64,000 bases of DNA from Macrostomum lignano. Taxonomy: Eukaryota. Positions within the stretch are counted from its first letter, which is position 1, and every line of letters begins with the position of its first letter. Position numbers and translations under genes: made by a program. Under the pieces are notes generated by a model, which was given only the letters and a program-made list of their open reading frames with translations, ran no database searches and was not told the DNA's origin. The DNA is taken from positions 544,417-608,416 of the forward strand of contig NIVC01000025.1 in NCBI GenBank assembly GCA_002269645.1, given 5' to 3'. This document shows positions 12,001-24,585 of this stretch, piece by piece.

Positions 12001-15000
12001 CCCTTGTAGCCTTGGAGCTAGAACGTCTGACTCACGAATGAAATGTCGGGGGTTCGATCCCTGACCCACTCGGAACAATTTGTGTTCTTGAGCAGAACAC
12101 TTAACTCTGCATTGCTTTAGTTCTCCCGGCTGTAAAATGGGTGCCAGCATTAGCTGGGATCATTGAGGATGTGTGTGGCGAAACCCCCTCCCCCCAGTCT
12201 GAACAGCCGTGGACTGAACAGCCGTACGCAGCCTTCAGATGATCAGCGCAATAGCTGCGGCTGAGCTGTCGGTTGAACATCTGGCCATTAGGGCAGGTGT
12301 AATGTAACAACAGCCTTCCTTCCTGGTGTCTTTAATCATGGATTCTTTCGGGCTTGCGTCTGCATCAAATTCAGTTGTCATTTTCGGCGAATTTTCGGCG
12401 AAGTACTCGTAGTACTTAAAAAAAGGTCTTCAAGAGGTCCTTAACAAGACTTTTAACCGGCGAAAATCATCGATATCTTTTCGGTGTGTATCGGTGCTAT
12501 CAGTGCTAGAGTATGGTGCCCTCTATTCTGGTGCAGGAATGTCAAGCCGACCCAGGGGTTCACGTCCCGCATGTGTTCAAGGCAGCTCTAGGGCTGCTGG
12601 ACTGACTGGGCTTCGGCGGTGGCAACCATCCGTGGCCTTGGCTTCTGTCTTGGCCGATTTGGGTACAGGCTCCACCCGAAAGTGAACATGTGCGCATCAG
12701 GTACCTCTTGCTACGGCTCTGAGGAACAGGTATCACCCTCTGACCTTAACAGGGTATGCGGCCAGTCCGCAGGCTCCGGAGACAGCCTTTTGTTCTCCCT
12801 CAAGGGCCCAGTGTAGCACCGCGCTGATGGTCCTTTGGTTCGGCCTCTGGTTTCTCCAAGCCGGGGCTCTTAGCCGGGGAGTTTCTCGGTTGCTAGCGGT
12901 CGGGTTTGGGGTTACGGCCCAGCAGCTTCTCACCTCCAGTCCCCACTCGCCTGCTGCCCGTGGTCGCCAGGGCTTAGCGAAATGGGCGGAAACGCCTCCT
13001 CGCTGCATCCGGATGCACGGAGCCCCCTGCAGCTTGGTAAGTCAAGTAAGTAAAAAATTGGTGCTATCAACACATATTTACCAACGGCAGTGACCGAATT
13101 CACGTAGAACACCGGCTCCATGAGGATGTTCACCGAGGCCAAGTCGGTGCTGTCCAGCACTCCCAGCAGGTCGCACAGAGGCACACTGGACCGGTTGCCT
13201 GAGCACAGGTGCTGCCGAAATATTGGCACCGTGGCTCCGAAACGGTTCACCTCGTCAGACCAGATGATGAGGAACAGCAGCGATGAGAAGTGCAGCGCGA
13301 GGCTCACGCTGAGCAGATAGTCAAACATGCTCACGTAGAACTGCCGGCCAGACATCAGACTGAGGTTGTATGCCTCATCAATGATTCTGGCGATGATGAA
13401 TGTCAGGCCGAACATCTGCAGCTGCACGTACGCGTCACTGATATCCGTGCAAACAATGGACTGCACATCGTTGCTGGAAGTGTTAGCCCCCACCAGGACT
13501 AAAGCCATGTAGGTTGCTATGGAAACCACCTCCATCAAAGCGAGAATCCGGGCCGACCGAAGGAACTTGATGAGCCGCGGATGCGGGAAGATGATGGAGA
13601 TTGGCGTGAGAACTGCGAAGGCGAACGCGCAGACGAACAGCATCTTGACGAAGCCGATAACTGACCACATGTCGCCAAGGAACTCGGAGCCCAGAGAGAA
13701 CTGAGCCTCGATCACTGTCTGCGTCGCTCGGTGCACCACGGCTTTGTTCAGGCGGAACTGCGCGAACATCAACGCGCGTCCTAGCGTTGGAAAGATGAAC
13801 ACGTGTATTTGAATCTATTGGCACGAGTTTAAATGATAAAAGTGTGTCTATTTACTCACCAAGATGCTGGCTATACCGATCCACGCATTCCATTAAGTCT
13901 TCCTCGACGTCGTCAAGCAGCAGTTGTTGCGCTTCTCGATCGCTGCCGGTCTGATGCAGTACGAGGCTCAGACAGGCGCCAATGTTCCTCTTGCTCTGTT
14001 TGTAGGCCTTGACCATGTTCTGGCTGGCCAGAGACAACCGGACGCTGGCCAGCCGGGCGGCCATGCGCAGGCAGTAGGCCATGGGATCCTCGTCGAGTGA
14101 ATATACGTAGAGAGGCGCCACAGCGCAAGGAAAAACCTCGAGAACGTACACCTGAGAGTGGAAACGGTGGAAAGCATCGAGTCGTGAGCGAAGTCAATTA
14201 ATGTCCTTCTTGAGAGCAGAGGAATTATTAGCAGTTTCAAAGCTGCCTTACTTTAGACAAGGGTTTGGGAAAAAGTTTTCTTCAAAGGACCAGGTAGAGA
14301 ATCTATCGCATGACTGCGTGCCAGAGGAGGAGAGAGAGGAGAGATAATAGTGAAGACATCGAGAGATAGACGAAAGGAAAGGCGAGAATAAAGGGGACGA
14401 AATAGGTGAGAGGAATAGAGAACAGAGGAGAGGAGAGAAGAGCAGAGGAGAGGAGAGGAGAGGAGAGGAGAGGAGAGGAGAGGAGAGGAGAGGAGAGGAG
14501 AGGAGAGGAGAGGAGAGGAGAGGAGAGGAGAGGAGAGGAGAGGAGAGGAGAGGAGAGGAGAGGAGAGGAGAGGAGAGGAGAGGAGAGGAGAGGAGAGGAG
14601 AGGAGAGGAGAGGAGAGGAGAGGAGAGGAGAGGAGAGGAGAGAGAGAGGAGAGGAGAGGAGAGGAGAGGAGAGGAGAGGAGAGGAGAGGAGAGGAGAGGA
14701 GAGGAGAGGAGAGGAGAGGAGAGGAGAGGAGAGGAGAGGAGAGGAGAGGAGAGGAGAGGAGAGGAGAGGAGAGGAGAGGAGAGGAGAGGAGAGGAGAGGA
14801 GAGGAGAGGAGAGGAGAGGAGAGAGCTGAGAAGATGCAAACATTGAGCGGTTCGGATTGCTATTATGAAGTTTCAACCGACCCGAGGGCCGGATAGAGAG
14901 GCTCTATGCTTTTTCGTTTTTCACTGACTAGCTCTATCGACCAACGTGCACTGCTATTGTCCCCTCCAAAATTGCTTAACATTTTACACCATTTCTTAGT

Positions 15001-16408
15001 GCAAAGAACATACACTTAGCAGTAGAAAATTGCCAGCAAAAAGTGCGTGAGGTACGATTTGATCTCAAGTGAGCTGGACTCTTTAGGTCTATCAAAAAAT
15101 TGGAACAGAAATCCAAAGTGCAAGTCCGATAAGTTCTAATCAGTAAAATCCTTTACAATCATTTAAAATCAATGGATCTCATCTAAATAAAAACAAGAAA
15201 ACAAGTTTTATGAATAACCGCTGAAAATTTTCGAGGTCGAGAAAAATTATGGCACGGCTGTTATGAATTGAAACGCTGGCGCAACACCTTCATTGAAGCC
15301 TTCGGCGACGCTCACACAGGGTGTACACAAGGACTACTCAAGTAGAAGGACCGGAAACTACGTTTCTTAAAAAATGTTTATGAGCCTTCTTTTCGCCGAA
15401 AAATACACTACTTAGATAGGAAGGTTCATTTTTTCAGCACAACAATCGTTATTGCTTTCGATAGGAGGCGGACCCAAATGTTCATCTTTTGGTATGTTGT
15501 GCCTTTCTTATGGCTCTATTGATACTTATAAAGCTTTTCGTTCAGAAAATTAGGATTCCATGGTAATTTCTTATTCTACGTACAATTGTACATGTCATGT
15601 GCCTAAAAACCATTAAAATGGCACAGCTCGACTCATTGGTTCTATGAATCTGTTTTATCATCTCTGTTACACATTTTACATAGTCAGCTAAGGATGATAA
15701 AACAGATTCATAGAACCAATGAGTCGAGCTGTGCCATTTTAATGGTTTTTAGGCACATGACATGTACAATTGTACGTAGAATAAGAAATTACCATGGAAT
15801 CCTAATTTTCTGAACGAAAAACTTTATGAGTATCAATAGAGCTATAAGAAAGGCACAACATATCAAAAGATGAACACTGGATCTGCCTCCTATCGAAATC
15901 AATAACAATTGTTGTGCTGAAAAATGAGAAATTCCTATCTCCGTAGTGTATTTTTCGGTGAAAATCAGCCTCATAAGCATTTTCTAATTTTACCGCTAAG
16001 CTTCTCAATATTCACTAGAGGACTCCTGCCTACTAGACCTTTATTTTAACTCCGAAGTACTTGAAGCTCTTTGCAACCAGTCAGCGTCACCTGATAGCAA
16101 CGAATATCCTTAGAGATGCTTTTGCAGACGCTGCAGCCGCAGTTCTCCGCGTCCCAATGGTAGAACGGCAGCCGGATCTGCTGCTCCCGGACCAGATAGC
16201 TCACAATGGCTGGCCGCTTCTCATTGATGGCCAGAATGAGGCAAGCCTGCCAGTTCACGGTCTCCTTTGTCACCTTAGCAACTAACAGCTTCAGTTTGGC
16301 CAGCTTATTCAATCGAATGCAGTGTCTGAGGTTGGCACTGAGAATCTCGCGGACTCCAGCTCTGATCTCGCTGTCCATCGATTGGTTCAGCAGAGACAGC
16401 GGATCCAT
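9092..16408 (-). CDS. TRPC-like cation channel, copy 2 (5 exons, about 709 aa)
   Basis: Exons 16408-16091, 14151-13860, 13780-13082, 11837-11496, 9570-9092 (2130 nt). Intron positions and phases are the same as in copy 1, with the same motifs. Confidence 0.85.
9733..11128. repeat. 20-bp minisatellite (agacaggggcgcccgctaag) in the last intron of TRPC copy 2
   Basis: About 70 tandem units. Confidence 0.97.
11990..12170 (+). mobile_element. tRNA-derived SINE, family B (CORE-SINE-like)
   Basis: B box gggttcgatccc, then tgtgttcttgagcagaacacttaactctg...ctgtaaaatggg, which resembles the CORE/MIR central motif. Confidence 0.55.
12503..13059 (+). mobile_element. Non-coding retroposed insertion with a 10-bp target-site duplication and a (TAAG)-like tail
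   Basis: GGTGCTATCA at 12493-12502 and 13060-13069 flanks a GC-rich block ending gtaagtcaagtaagtaaaaaatt. Confidence 0.6.
14425..14825. repeat. (AGAGG)n pentanucleotide microsatellite
   Basis: Direct reading. Confidence 0.97.
15368..15987. repeat. Long inverted repeat (arms about 295 bp, about 30-nt spacer); foldback-like
   Basis: About 15535-15662 is the exact reverse complement of about 15693-15820; the outer arms match with scattered mismatches. Confidence 0.9.
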
Positions 16409-16873
16409 GCTTGAGCAGTTCTCAACTTGGGGAGAAATCTTTCAATTTGGACAGTCCGGAAAACGACCGCATGGCTTTTAAGTTGACTTTTGAGACTGGT
16501 CCAGACTGGACCGGCTATTTTTAACTGCAGGATTTCGGTTCATTATTGTCTCGAATCGTATCCCCAGCTCTGGATTTGACTGGAGTAGGAAGGGGGGGGG
16601 GGGTAAGGGCTGATCGCCCCACCCGCATCGATTGGTTATTATTGGGCGTCATGAGACTCGGCTCTGATCGCGGATAAGAGAGAAAGAAAGAGAGAATTTA
16701 TGCCGGAAAACACAGCGAAGGAGAGAGAGAGAGAGATCGAGAGAGGTCAACGCTCAATAGTTGCTTCCAAAAGCAACGATTTCTTTCCCCGACCGGATTC
16801 AATATTGTTTGCCAATTGAAGGTCGACTGCAGGCGGAGTGGGGTGATCTTCCTTTTTATCATGGCATTTTTAG

Positions 16874-17328
16874 TAGGGATTGCAATCCCAGGATTGGGCC
16901 CAAATAGCAGGATCGGGAGTGCCGAATCCCGGGACAAATTTTTGTTATTATTTTTACAAGAGTTTTAATAATATGAACATAATTGGACTCACAACAAGTT
17001 TATTATACTGCGCTAATTTCCTTAATTGCCTCACGTCGCATGGCGCCTTTTTAAACCCCGCATCACGGATTTAAATTTGAAATTTGTTTCAATGTAAATT
17101 TTGATATTTGATTTGCCTCTTTACTACTAATTAGTACTTTTATACTACTTACTTAAATACATAATCATCTACAAATAAATAATTAACTCTGTAACAAATC
17201 AAAAATGGAAGCAAAAAATGTTTAGCGCACGCATATTTTGCTAAAAAATTTCAACCCAGAAGTTTAAAAATCTGTATTTTTCTGATCCCGGGATTGAATC
17301 CCGGGATTTGGGGATTTTGCAATCCCTA
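16874..17328. mobile_element. hAT-type MITE (455 bp)
   Basis: TIRs TAGGGATTGCAA...TTGCAATCCCTA with subterminal ATCCCGGGAT motifs; 8-bp TSD ATTTTTAG / ATTTTCAG (7 of 8 match). Confidence 0.75.
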
Positions 17329-18029
17329 ATTTTCAGAGAGCGTACATGTAATTATTAAGAACTGTCATTTTCATTGAAACCTTGCTAATGCGGCAAGTGG
17401 CTCGGTCTATGCTTCTGGCATAGTTATATTTTTGCATTATAGTGTGGGATTCCCTGTACTGAGTGGTTGAGCGGTACAAACACCAGAAAAAGCAGACAAA
17501 CTTCACATGCTGACAGTTTCTGTCCTGATTGAGTTGCAGAGTTGAGACTTATACGTATTTAGACAGAGAATGATCGAGTCAATGAAGAACTAGCTATGTC
17601 AAGTTTGAAGTCAATCGCTTGACCGTGGAGCAAACTTATGGCAGCCGAAAGGTTGTCAATTTCCAAACCCCTTTTACACATCTGGCCTGATAAAGGAATG
17701 GGGAGAGGCGGAGGTCGGGGTGGCTGTCTCGCTGACAAAACACAGACTAAATTTAAAAGTGCACAGTGCCTTTCAGGATTAACTTTGAGATTCGAAATTT
17801 TTCACGATCGTGTGAAAATAGTTGAAGATTTTTTGTGTAAAATTTGAAGAGGACTAGTGAATGAAGACGCTGTCGTCTTCAAAGGTGGGACGATGGCTTA
17901 TATTGTGTTTTTATCTTTTATGGCCCAATTTAAAAACAAACTACGAAGCTATATTCAGCTAATATATCCCCCTTCCTCACTTACGTGTTTGCTGTTGGAT
18001 AGAAAAGGCCACATGTAGGGAAGCTATAG

Positions 18030-19793
18030 CTGCTTTCACACCCCTAGCTTTAGTTAGGCTAGTGGGGGTCTCGCCGCCCCCCACATCCCTTAGCTTTAGT
18101 AAGGCTAGTAGGGGTCTCGCCGCCCCCACACCCCAGCTGGCATTAGTAAGGCTATAGTGGGGGGCTCGCCGCCCCCCACATCCCTTAGCTTTAGTAAGGC
18201 TAGTGGGGAGCTCGCCGCCCCCCACACCCCTGGCATTAGTAAGGCTATAGTGGGGGGCTCGCCGCCCCCCACATCCCTTAGCTTTAGTAAGGCTAGTGGG
18301 GAGCTCGCCGCCCCCCACACCCCTGGCATTAGTAAGGCTATAGTGGGGGGCTCGCCGCCCCCCACATCCCTTAGCTTTAGTAAGGCTAGTGGGGGTCTCG
18401 CCGCCCCCACACCCCTGGCATTAGTAGGGCTATAGTCGGGGGCTCGCCGCCCCCCACAACCCTTAGCTTTAGTAAGGCTAGTGGGGAGCTCGCCGCCCCC
18501 CACACCCCTGGCATTAGTAAGGCTAGTGGAGGTCTCGCTGCCCCCACACCCCTACATGGCTTAGTTAGGCTAGTGGGGGTCTCGCCACCCCCACACCCCT
18601 GGTTTTTTTTCCCTGGTTTCCAAATGCAGTAGGTCCAAATGCTTAGAAAATTCAGGAAAACAAATTTCCAAATGTTTGACACGTCGTGTTAAAGTCTCAA
18701 CACCGTAGCATAAAACACTTTTTTAACTTTGGGGGCTACTTTTAAAACTAAAAAAACGAAAACTAAAAAAACTTTTTGAAAAAACTATTTTAAAAAAACG
18801 ACGTTTTTAGGCACTTTTCGGCACCTGGACAACTTATTAAATGGCGCAATCAGCCAGATCTTGACGTTTCCGATTTGAGGACATCCAGTTGAGTGATTTG
18901 GTGCAGGAAAAATTAAAAATAAAGTTTCCCATCTCGACGAGATAGGCCTCTAAAAAGTGCACTAAAATTTGTACTTTTAAAGTGCAGATAGGCAGCCATG
19001 TGAAAAGTACATTTTAGCCCAAAAAACTATAGCGCATCAAACAGCCCCATGTGTTTTTGAGGCTAGGAGGCAAAGTTGAAAAAAATGCCAAATTTTCGAC
19101 CTCAAAAAACACGTTTTTTGTACTTTTAGCCTAGACGTTAAAGTACAATAAAAAATCCATTTCGGATCATTGTAGCGTTCGAATGCCCGCGTTTACTGAG
19201 CCGGCTGACTAAGCGCTGCCATATTTTCCTGCCTCTGTAATTGAGTTCAAAGTTTTTGAAAAAGTTGAAAAAACGCAGTTTTTGGTTGCCATGGCAACCA
19301 AAACGCGTCGCCATGGCAACCAAACACTGCGCATCCGATAGCCCTAGGTTTTTGACGCATTTAGGCAAAAACCGTTTGTAAATTGGTCGTATCGTTTAAA
19401 AATGGCAGCGTTTAAAAGTTAAAAAACGTCATTTTAGTGTATGACATGGCGCACATCTTATCAGGGACGATTTCGCAAAAGTTTTCGATTCGCTCGCTTC
19501 GCTCGCATTTTTTCTATGCCACTTACTGGCTCATCGTCCCACAACTAGTAAAAGTGGAACAACGCTATTGGATTGTTAAGTGAAAAATGCACTTTTTAAA
19601 GAAATTTTTGCACTTTTCGGTATAGGAAGGCTTGAATTTAGGAATTTTTTAAGGTAGCCTGAAACTTTTCGTAGTGAGTTTAGGGTGCATGGGTGCAAAA
19701 TTGGGTGTCATTTGGTTGAGCGGTTTGGGAGTCCATAGCGAAGTAATTTGTGCACAGACAGATAGAGACAGTTTTCATTTTTATAGGTATGGA
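18030..19793 (+). mobile_element. Probable non-autonomous Helitron/Helentron-like element with internal GC-rich tandem repeats (18040-18600)
   Basis: Contains ctagtggggg...cgccccc repeats, a cgctcgcttcgctcgc motif, and a 3' end ttggttgagcggtttgggag...acagacaga...ttttataggtatggat of the kind seen in such elements. Boundaries are approximate. Confidence 0.4.
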
Positions 19794-20541
19794 TAAAACA
19801 AAACACAAAATAATTTATAGATATTGAAAGGATTTAGAATTTAAAAGTTTACTTTATCTGGAAAATGATTTTCTGTACATTTGACTGATTTGACTGATTT
19901 TACTGCATTTTCGAATATAATTGAAGTCTTAGAGACCACACGATAGTTGTACTAAGGCGAGATTTCGAACCTAGAATTTTCTATGAAAGCGTTGTATTTT
20001 ATCACTATGGATAAGTTAATTTGCGAATTTTAAAATGGTATAGTTTAGGTATCTTTTCATCTGAAATTTGTACTGTTAAGATTTGAAATTTCAACGAATT
20101 TTGCTAGGTTTCAATACTTTAGCTAGTCAATTTTTGTCGACATTTTATAATATAATTTTATAAACTATATTACTAGCTAAACAAAAAAGTTGGATTATTC
20201 GATGTACTGCAGTCATTGAAACTTACTCTCATTCATTTTTACTCATTAAATTTATCATCTTATACTGCATCTGTAACTTAAAGTAGCTACATATTTAGGT
20301 ACTAGTTGATATTATTGTGGCTATTTTGACAAGCAAAAATTAGTAAAAATGATGAATTCATTCATTATTCTGAATCTTATTGGCTTTGTATTTCATTTAT
20401 AGCTAAAAATAATTTAGAAATTTGAGAATAAAACTTACAACAGCTATGTACATTGCCAAGAAAATTTTTGACTCTATGGAATTTTTTTGCATACATTTCG
20501 ACGCTATCTACTGCATGCCTTGGTCGAAAAATTCTCCAACA

Positions 20542-23500
20542 ATGTTTCGAATTTTACTAGCTGTTGGAGTACTAGGCTCAGCATTTCTGGCTTATCGAAT
20601 GCAGGAGCCACTGCCAGACTATGTACAGGACAAAGGCATTGTGACTTATGTTCAGTCTGTGTTTAAAATCCTGGAAACTTTGGTGCGTTTTCAACTTGTT
20701 CCATGAAAGCAACACCGTTTTTGTGTAATGTTTCTAATTATGTTAATAAATTAATAAAACTATTAAGGGTCGAATCGTTGAAGCGCTGGGCCTGACAACC
20801 ATGGAAACGTTCCGTCAGAGAGCTTTCAGCGCCATTGTGCCGGCTATTAAAAACTCGAGCAGGCTGCACTCTGTTGAAAAACAGTTTGCCGGCTCCCGCA
20901 CCATTGTGGCTTGGCGACCAGAATCCGCTGATGGTCGAGCAGTTCCTGGTTTGTTCTGTTCTTAAATAGTTGCTATAAGCGATTCCACCGCTATGCAGAA
21001 AACATCGTCAAATCCCAGTTAATCCAGTCAGTCAGTGAATTCCTTGTCACAGGCAGTCAAATCCAGACAGTTAGATCCCAGTCAGTGAAATCCCAGTCAG
21101 TGAAATCCCAGTCAGTGAAATCCCAGTCAGTGAAATCCCAGTCAGAGAAATCCCAGTCAGTCAGTAAAATCCCTGTCAGTCAGGGAAATCCCAGTCAGTA
21201 AAATCCCAGTCAGTCAGGGAAATCCCAGTCAGTGAAATCCCAGTCAGTGAAATCCCAGTCAGTGAAATCCCAGTCAGTGAAATCCCAGTCAGTGAAATCC
21301 CAGTGAGTGAAATCCCAGTCAGTCAGTGAAATCCCAGTGAGTGAAATCCCAGTCAGGGAAATCCCAGTCAGGGAAATCCCAGTCAGTGAAATCCCAGTCA
21401 GTGAAATCCCAGTCAGTGAAATCCCAGTCAGTGAAATCCCAGTCAGTCAGGGAAATCCCAGTCAGTGAAATCCCAGTCAGTGAAATCCCAGTCAGTCAGT
21501 AAAATCCCAGTCAGTCAGGGAAATCCCAGTCAGTGAAATCCCAGTCAGTGAAATCCCAGTCAGTGAAATCCCAGTCAGTGAAATCCCAGTCAGTCAGGGA
21601 AATCCCAGTCAGGGAAATCCCAGTCAGTGAAATCCCAGTCAGTCAGTGAAATCCCAGTCAGTGAAATCCCAGTCAGTGAAATCCCAGTCAGTCAGGGAAA
21701 TCCCAGTCAGTGAAATCCCAGTCAGTGAAATCCCAGTCAGTCAGTAAAATCCCAGTCAGTCAGGGAAATCCCAGTCAGTGAAATCCCAGTCAGTGAAATC
21801 CCAGTCAGTCAATGAAATCCCAGTCAGTCAATGAAATCCCAGTCAGTCAATGAAATCCCAGTCAGTCAGTGAAATCCCAGTCAGTCAATGAAATCCCAGT
21901 CAGTCAGTGAAATCCTAGTCAGTCAATGAAATCCCAGTCAGTCAATGAAATCCCAGTGAGTCAATGAAATCCCAGTCAGGAAATCCCAGTCAGTAAAATA
22001 AAGATATTTTCTGGTAGTTTTCGGTGAGAAAATAGCGGCTCAATTGATTGAACCTGGCTTCAGGCTCGAAACCTGGCATCATCTACATTCATGGCGGCGG
22101 CTGGGCAATCGGAGCTCCCGAGTTCAACGTGAACCTCATCTCAGAAATGGTTGAGCGAGCCAGGGTCACTGTGTTTGCCATCAGGTGGGTGAGACACGCA
22201 GGAAATGGAGACAAAGCAGACGGAACGAGCGTAAAAGGACAGCGAGACAAACAGACACTAATTAGGAACACTAAGGGTCTAGGATATTGAGACACAAGTA
22301 CACCAAGAGACACTACAGGACAGGCGCTAGGAGACAGGCACTCAGAGATTGGCACTCAGAGACAGGCACTCAGAGACACGGGCACTTAGAGACACACGCA
22401 CTCAGAGACAGGCACTCAGAGACAGGCACTCAGAGACACGGGCACTCAGAGACAGGCACTCAGAGACACACGCACTCAGAGACAGGCGCTAGGAGACAGG
22501 CACTCAGAGACAGGCACTCAGAGACAGGCACTCAGAGACAGGCACTCAGAGACAGGCACTCAGAGACAGGCACTCAGAGACAGGCACTCAGAGACAGACC
22601 CACACGCCCAAACTGCAGCTACCGCTTGTCCATCGAGCAGCGGTTTCCCGCGGCCTTCGAGGACAGCCTGGCCGCCACCCGGGCGATATTCGACTCGGCG
22701 GCCGACTTCAACGTCGATCCGCAGCGCATCGGCCTGTGCGGCGACAGCGCCGGCGGACAGCTGGCGGCCTCGGTGGCCCAGGCGTTGCGCCGGTCAGCTC
22801 CGGAGCTCGGCGACGATTGGCGGCGCCCGAAGCTGCAGCTGCTGATCTACCCGGTGATGCAGGCGGCCAGTCTGCGCACCGAGTCCTACCTCACCCAGCA
22901 GGCGGAGCCGTTCCTCAAGCCCTGGCAGATGGCGGATTTTATCAGCATTTACCTGACTGGGTCCAGGGCCGCCTCTGATTGGCTGTTGAAGCATGGTCAC
23001 GTGACTGCTGAACTGAGGGCCGCCTATCAGCGAGCCACTGGGCTGGAGCTGCAGCCATCGATGCTGAATGAGGCCGACTCGCAGGAGTTCGCAGCTGACG
23101 CGGATCTGGCCGCTAGGGTGAGTCATTATTCCAGATCCTGAGTTGCTGGGCCAGCCTCCCAGATCCTCAGTTGCTGGGCCAGCCTCCCAGATCCTCAGTT
23201 GCTGGGCCACCAGCCTCCCAGGTCCTCAGTTGCTGGGATACCGCCACCAAAGACTGGGCCGCCACTCACAAATTAGAATCCCCAAGCACACATGAAAATC
23301 CCCAGAACACACTAGAATCCCCAGAACACATTAGAATCCCCCGAACACATTAGAATCCCCAGAACACATTAAAATCCCCAGAACATATTAGAATCCCCAG
23401 AACACATTAGAATCCCCAGAACACATTAGAATCCCCCAGAACACATTAGAATCCCCAGAACACATTAAAATCCCCAGAACATATTAGAATCCCCAGAACA

Positions 23501-24253
23501 TATTAGAATCCCCAGAACACATTAGAATCCCCAGAACACATTAGAATCCCCAGAACACATTAGAATCCCCAGAACACATTAAAATCCCCAGAACATATTA
23601 GAATCCCCAGAACACATTAGAATCCCCAGAACACATTAGAATCCCCCAGAACACATTAGAATCCCCAGAACACATTAAAATCCCCAGAACATATTAGAAT
23701 CCCCAGAACACATTAGAATCCCCAGAACACATTAGAATCCCCAGAACACATTAGAATCCCCCAGAACACATTAGAATCCCAAGAACACATTAGAATCCCA
23801 AGAACACATTAGAATCCCCAGAACATATTAGAATTCCCAGAACACATTAGAATCCCCCAGAACATATTAGAATTCCCAGAACACATTAGAGTCCTCAGAA
23901 CACATTAGAATCCCCAGAACACATTAGAATCCCAAGAACACATTAGAATCCCCAGAACACATTAGTCAACTGAACCTTTCACGCCGCAGGTCGCCACCTC
24001 CGCCACTGACTACCGAGTCTCCCCGTTGCTGGGCGCAGACCTGGAGAAGCTGGACCTTCCACCAGCCTTCATCCTGGCCTGCGAGTTCGACCCGCTGCTT
24101 GACGATGCTCTGCTGTACGCAGATCGATTAGAACGGTCGGAAGTTCGAGTCCAGCTGACCAGATTCTCAACATTCCACGCGGCGGTTGGATTCCCAAACG
24201 ATGGCAGGGAGATTCGAGATCGTCTGGTTGAAATTCTGGAAAATCAGCTATGA
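20542..24253 (+). CDS. Arylacetamide deacetylase/NCEH1-like alpha/beta hydrolase (HSL family), 5 exons
   Basis: Exons 20542-20682, 20768-20948, 22064-22184, 22619-23117, 23990-24253. Hydrophobic N-terminus, HGGG oxyanion motif, GDSAGG nucleophile, CEFDPL (Asp) and FHAA (His). Confidence 0.88.
21075..21995. repeat. 13/17-bp minisatellite (gaaatcccagtcagt) in esterase intron 2
   Basis: Direct reading. Confidence 0.95.
22300..22597. repeat. 14-bp minisatellite (cactcagagacagg) in esterase intron 3
   Basis: Direct reading. Confidence 0.92.
23295..23965. repeat. About 17-20-bp minisatellite (cacattagaatccccagaa) in esterase intron 4
   Basis: Direct reading. Confidence 0.92.
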
Positions 24254-24585
24254 TATGCTCAGGGGACAAACTTGGGCTCAGAATGATAAATCAATTTTAT
24301 GTAGTTCCAATGCTGTCCAAAATTCACTAAACTCTTCCTTTGATTGCTTTAAAATGATTTCTAGTATTAACTTTTTAATTTTTAATTTTTACAAGCTTTC
24401 TACACAAAGAATTTTAAACACAAATTGCCAATTTTAGTAAAAATATATTTTAATCATTTGGAATGACGTGAACAACTTTTTTACTCTTTATAACTACAAG
24501 TTTATGGAGCAGTTTCAAAAAGCCAAATAATTATTATTAACTTTATCAAACGATTTTTTCTTTGGAATTTAAGATAGGTGATCAC

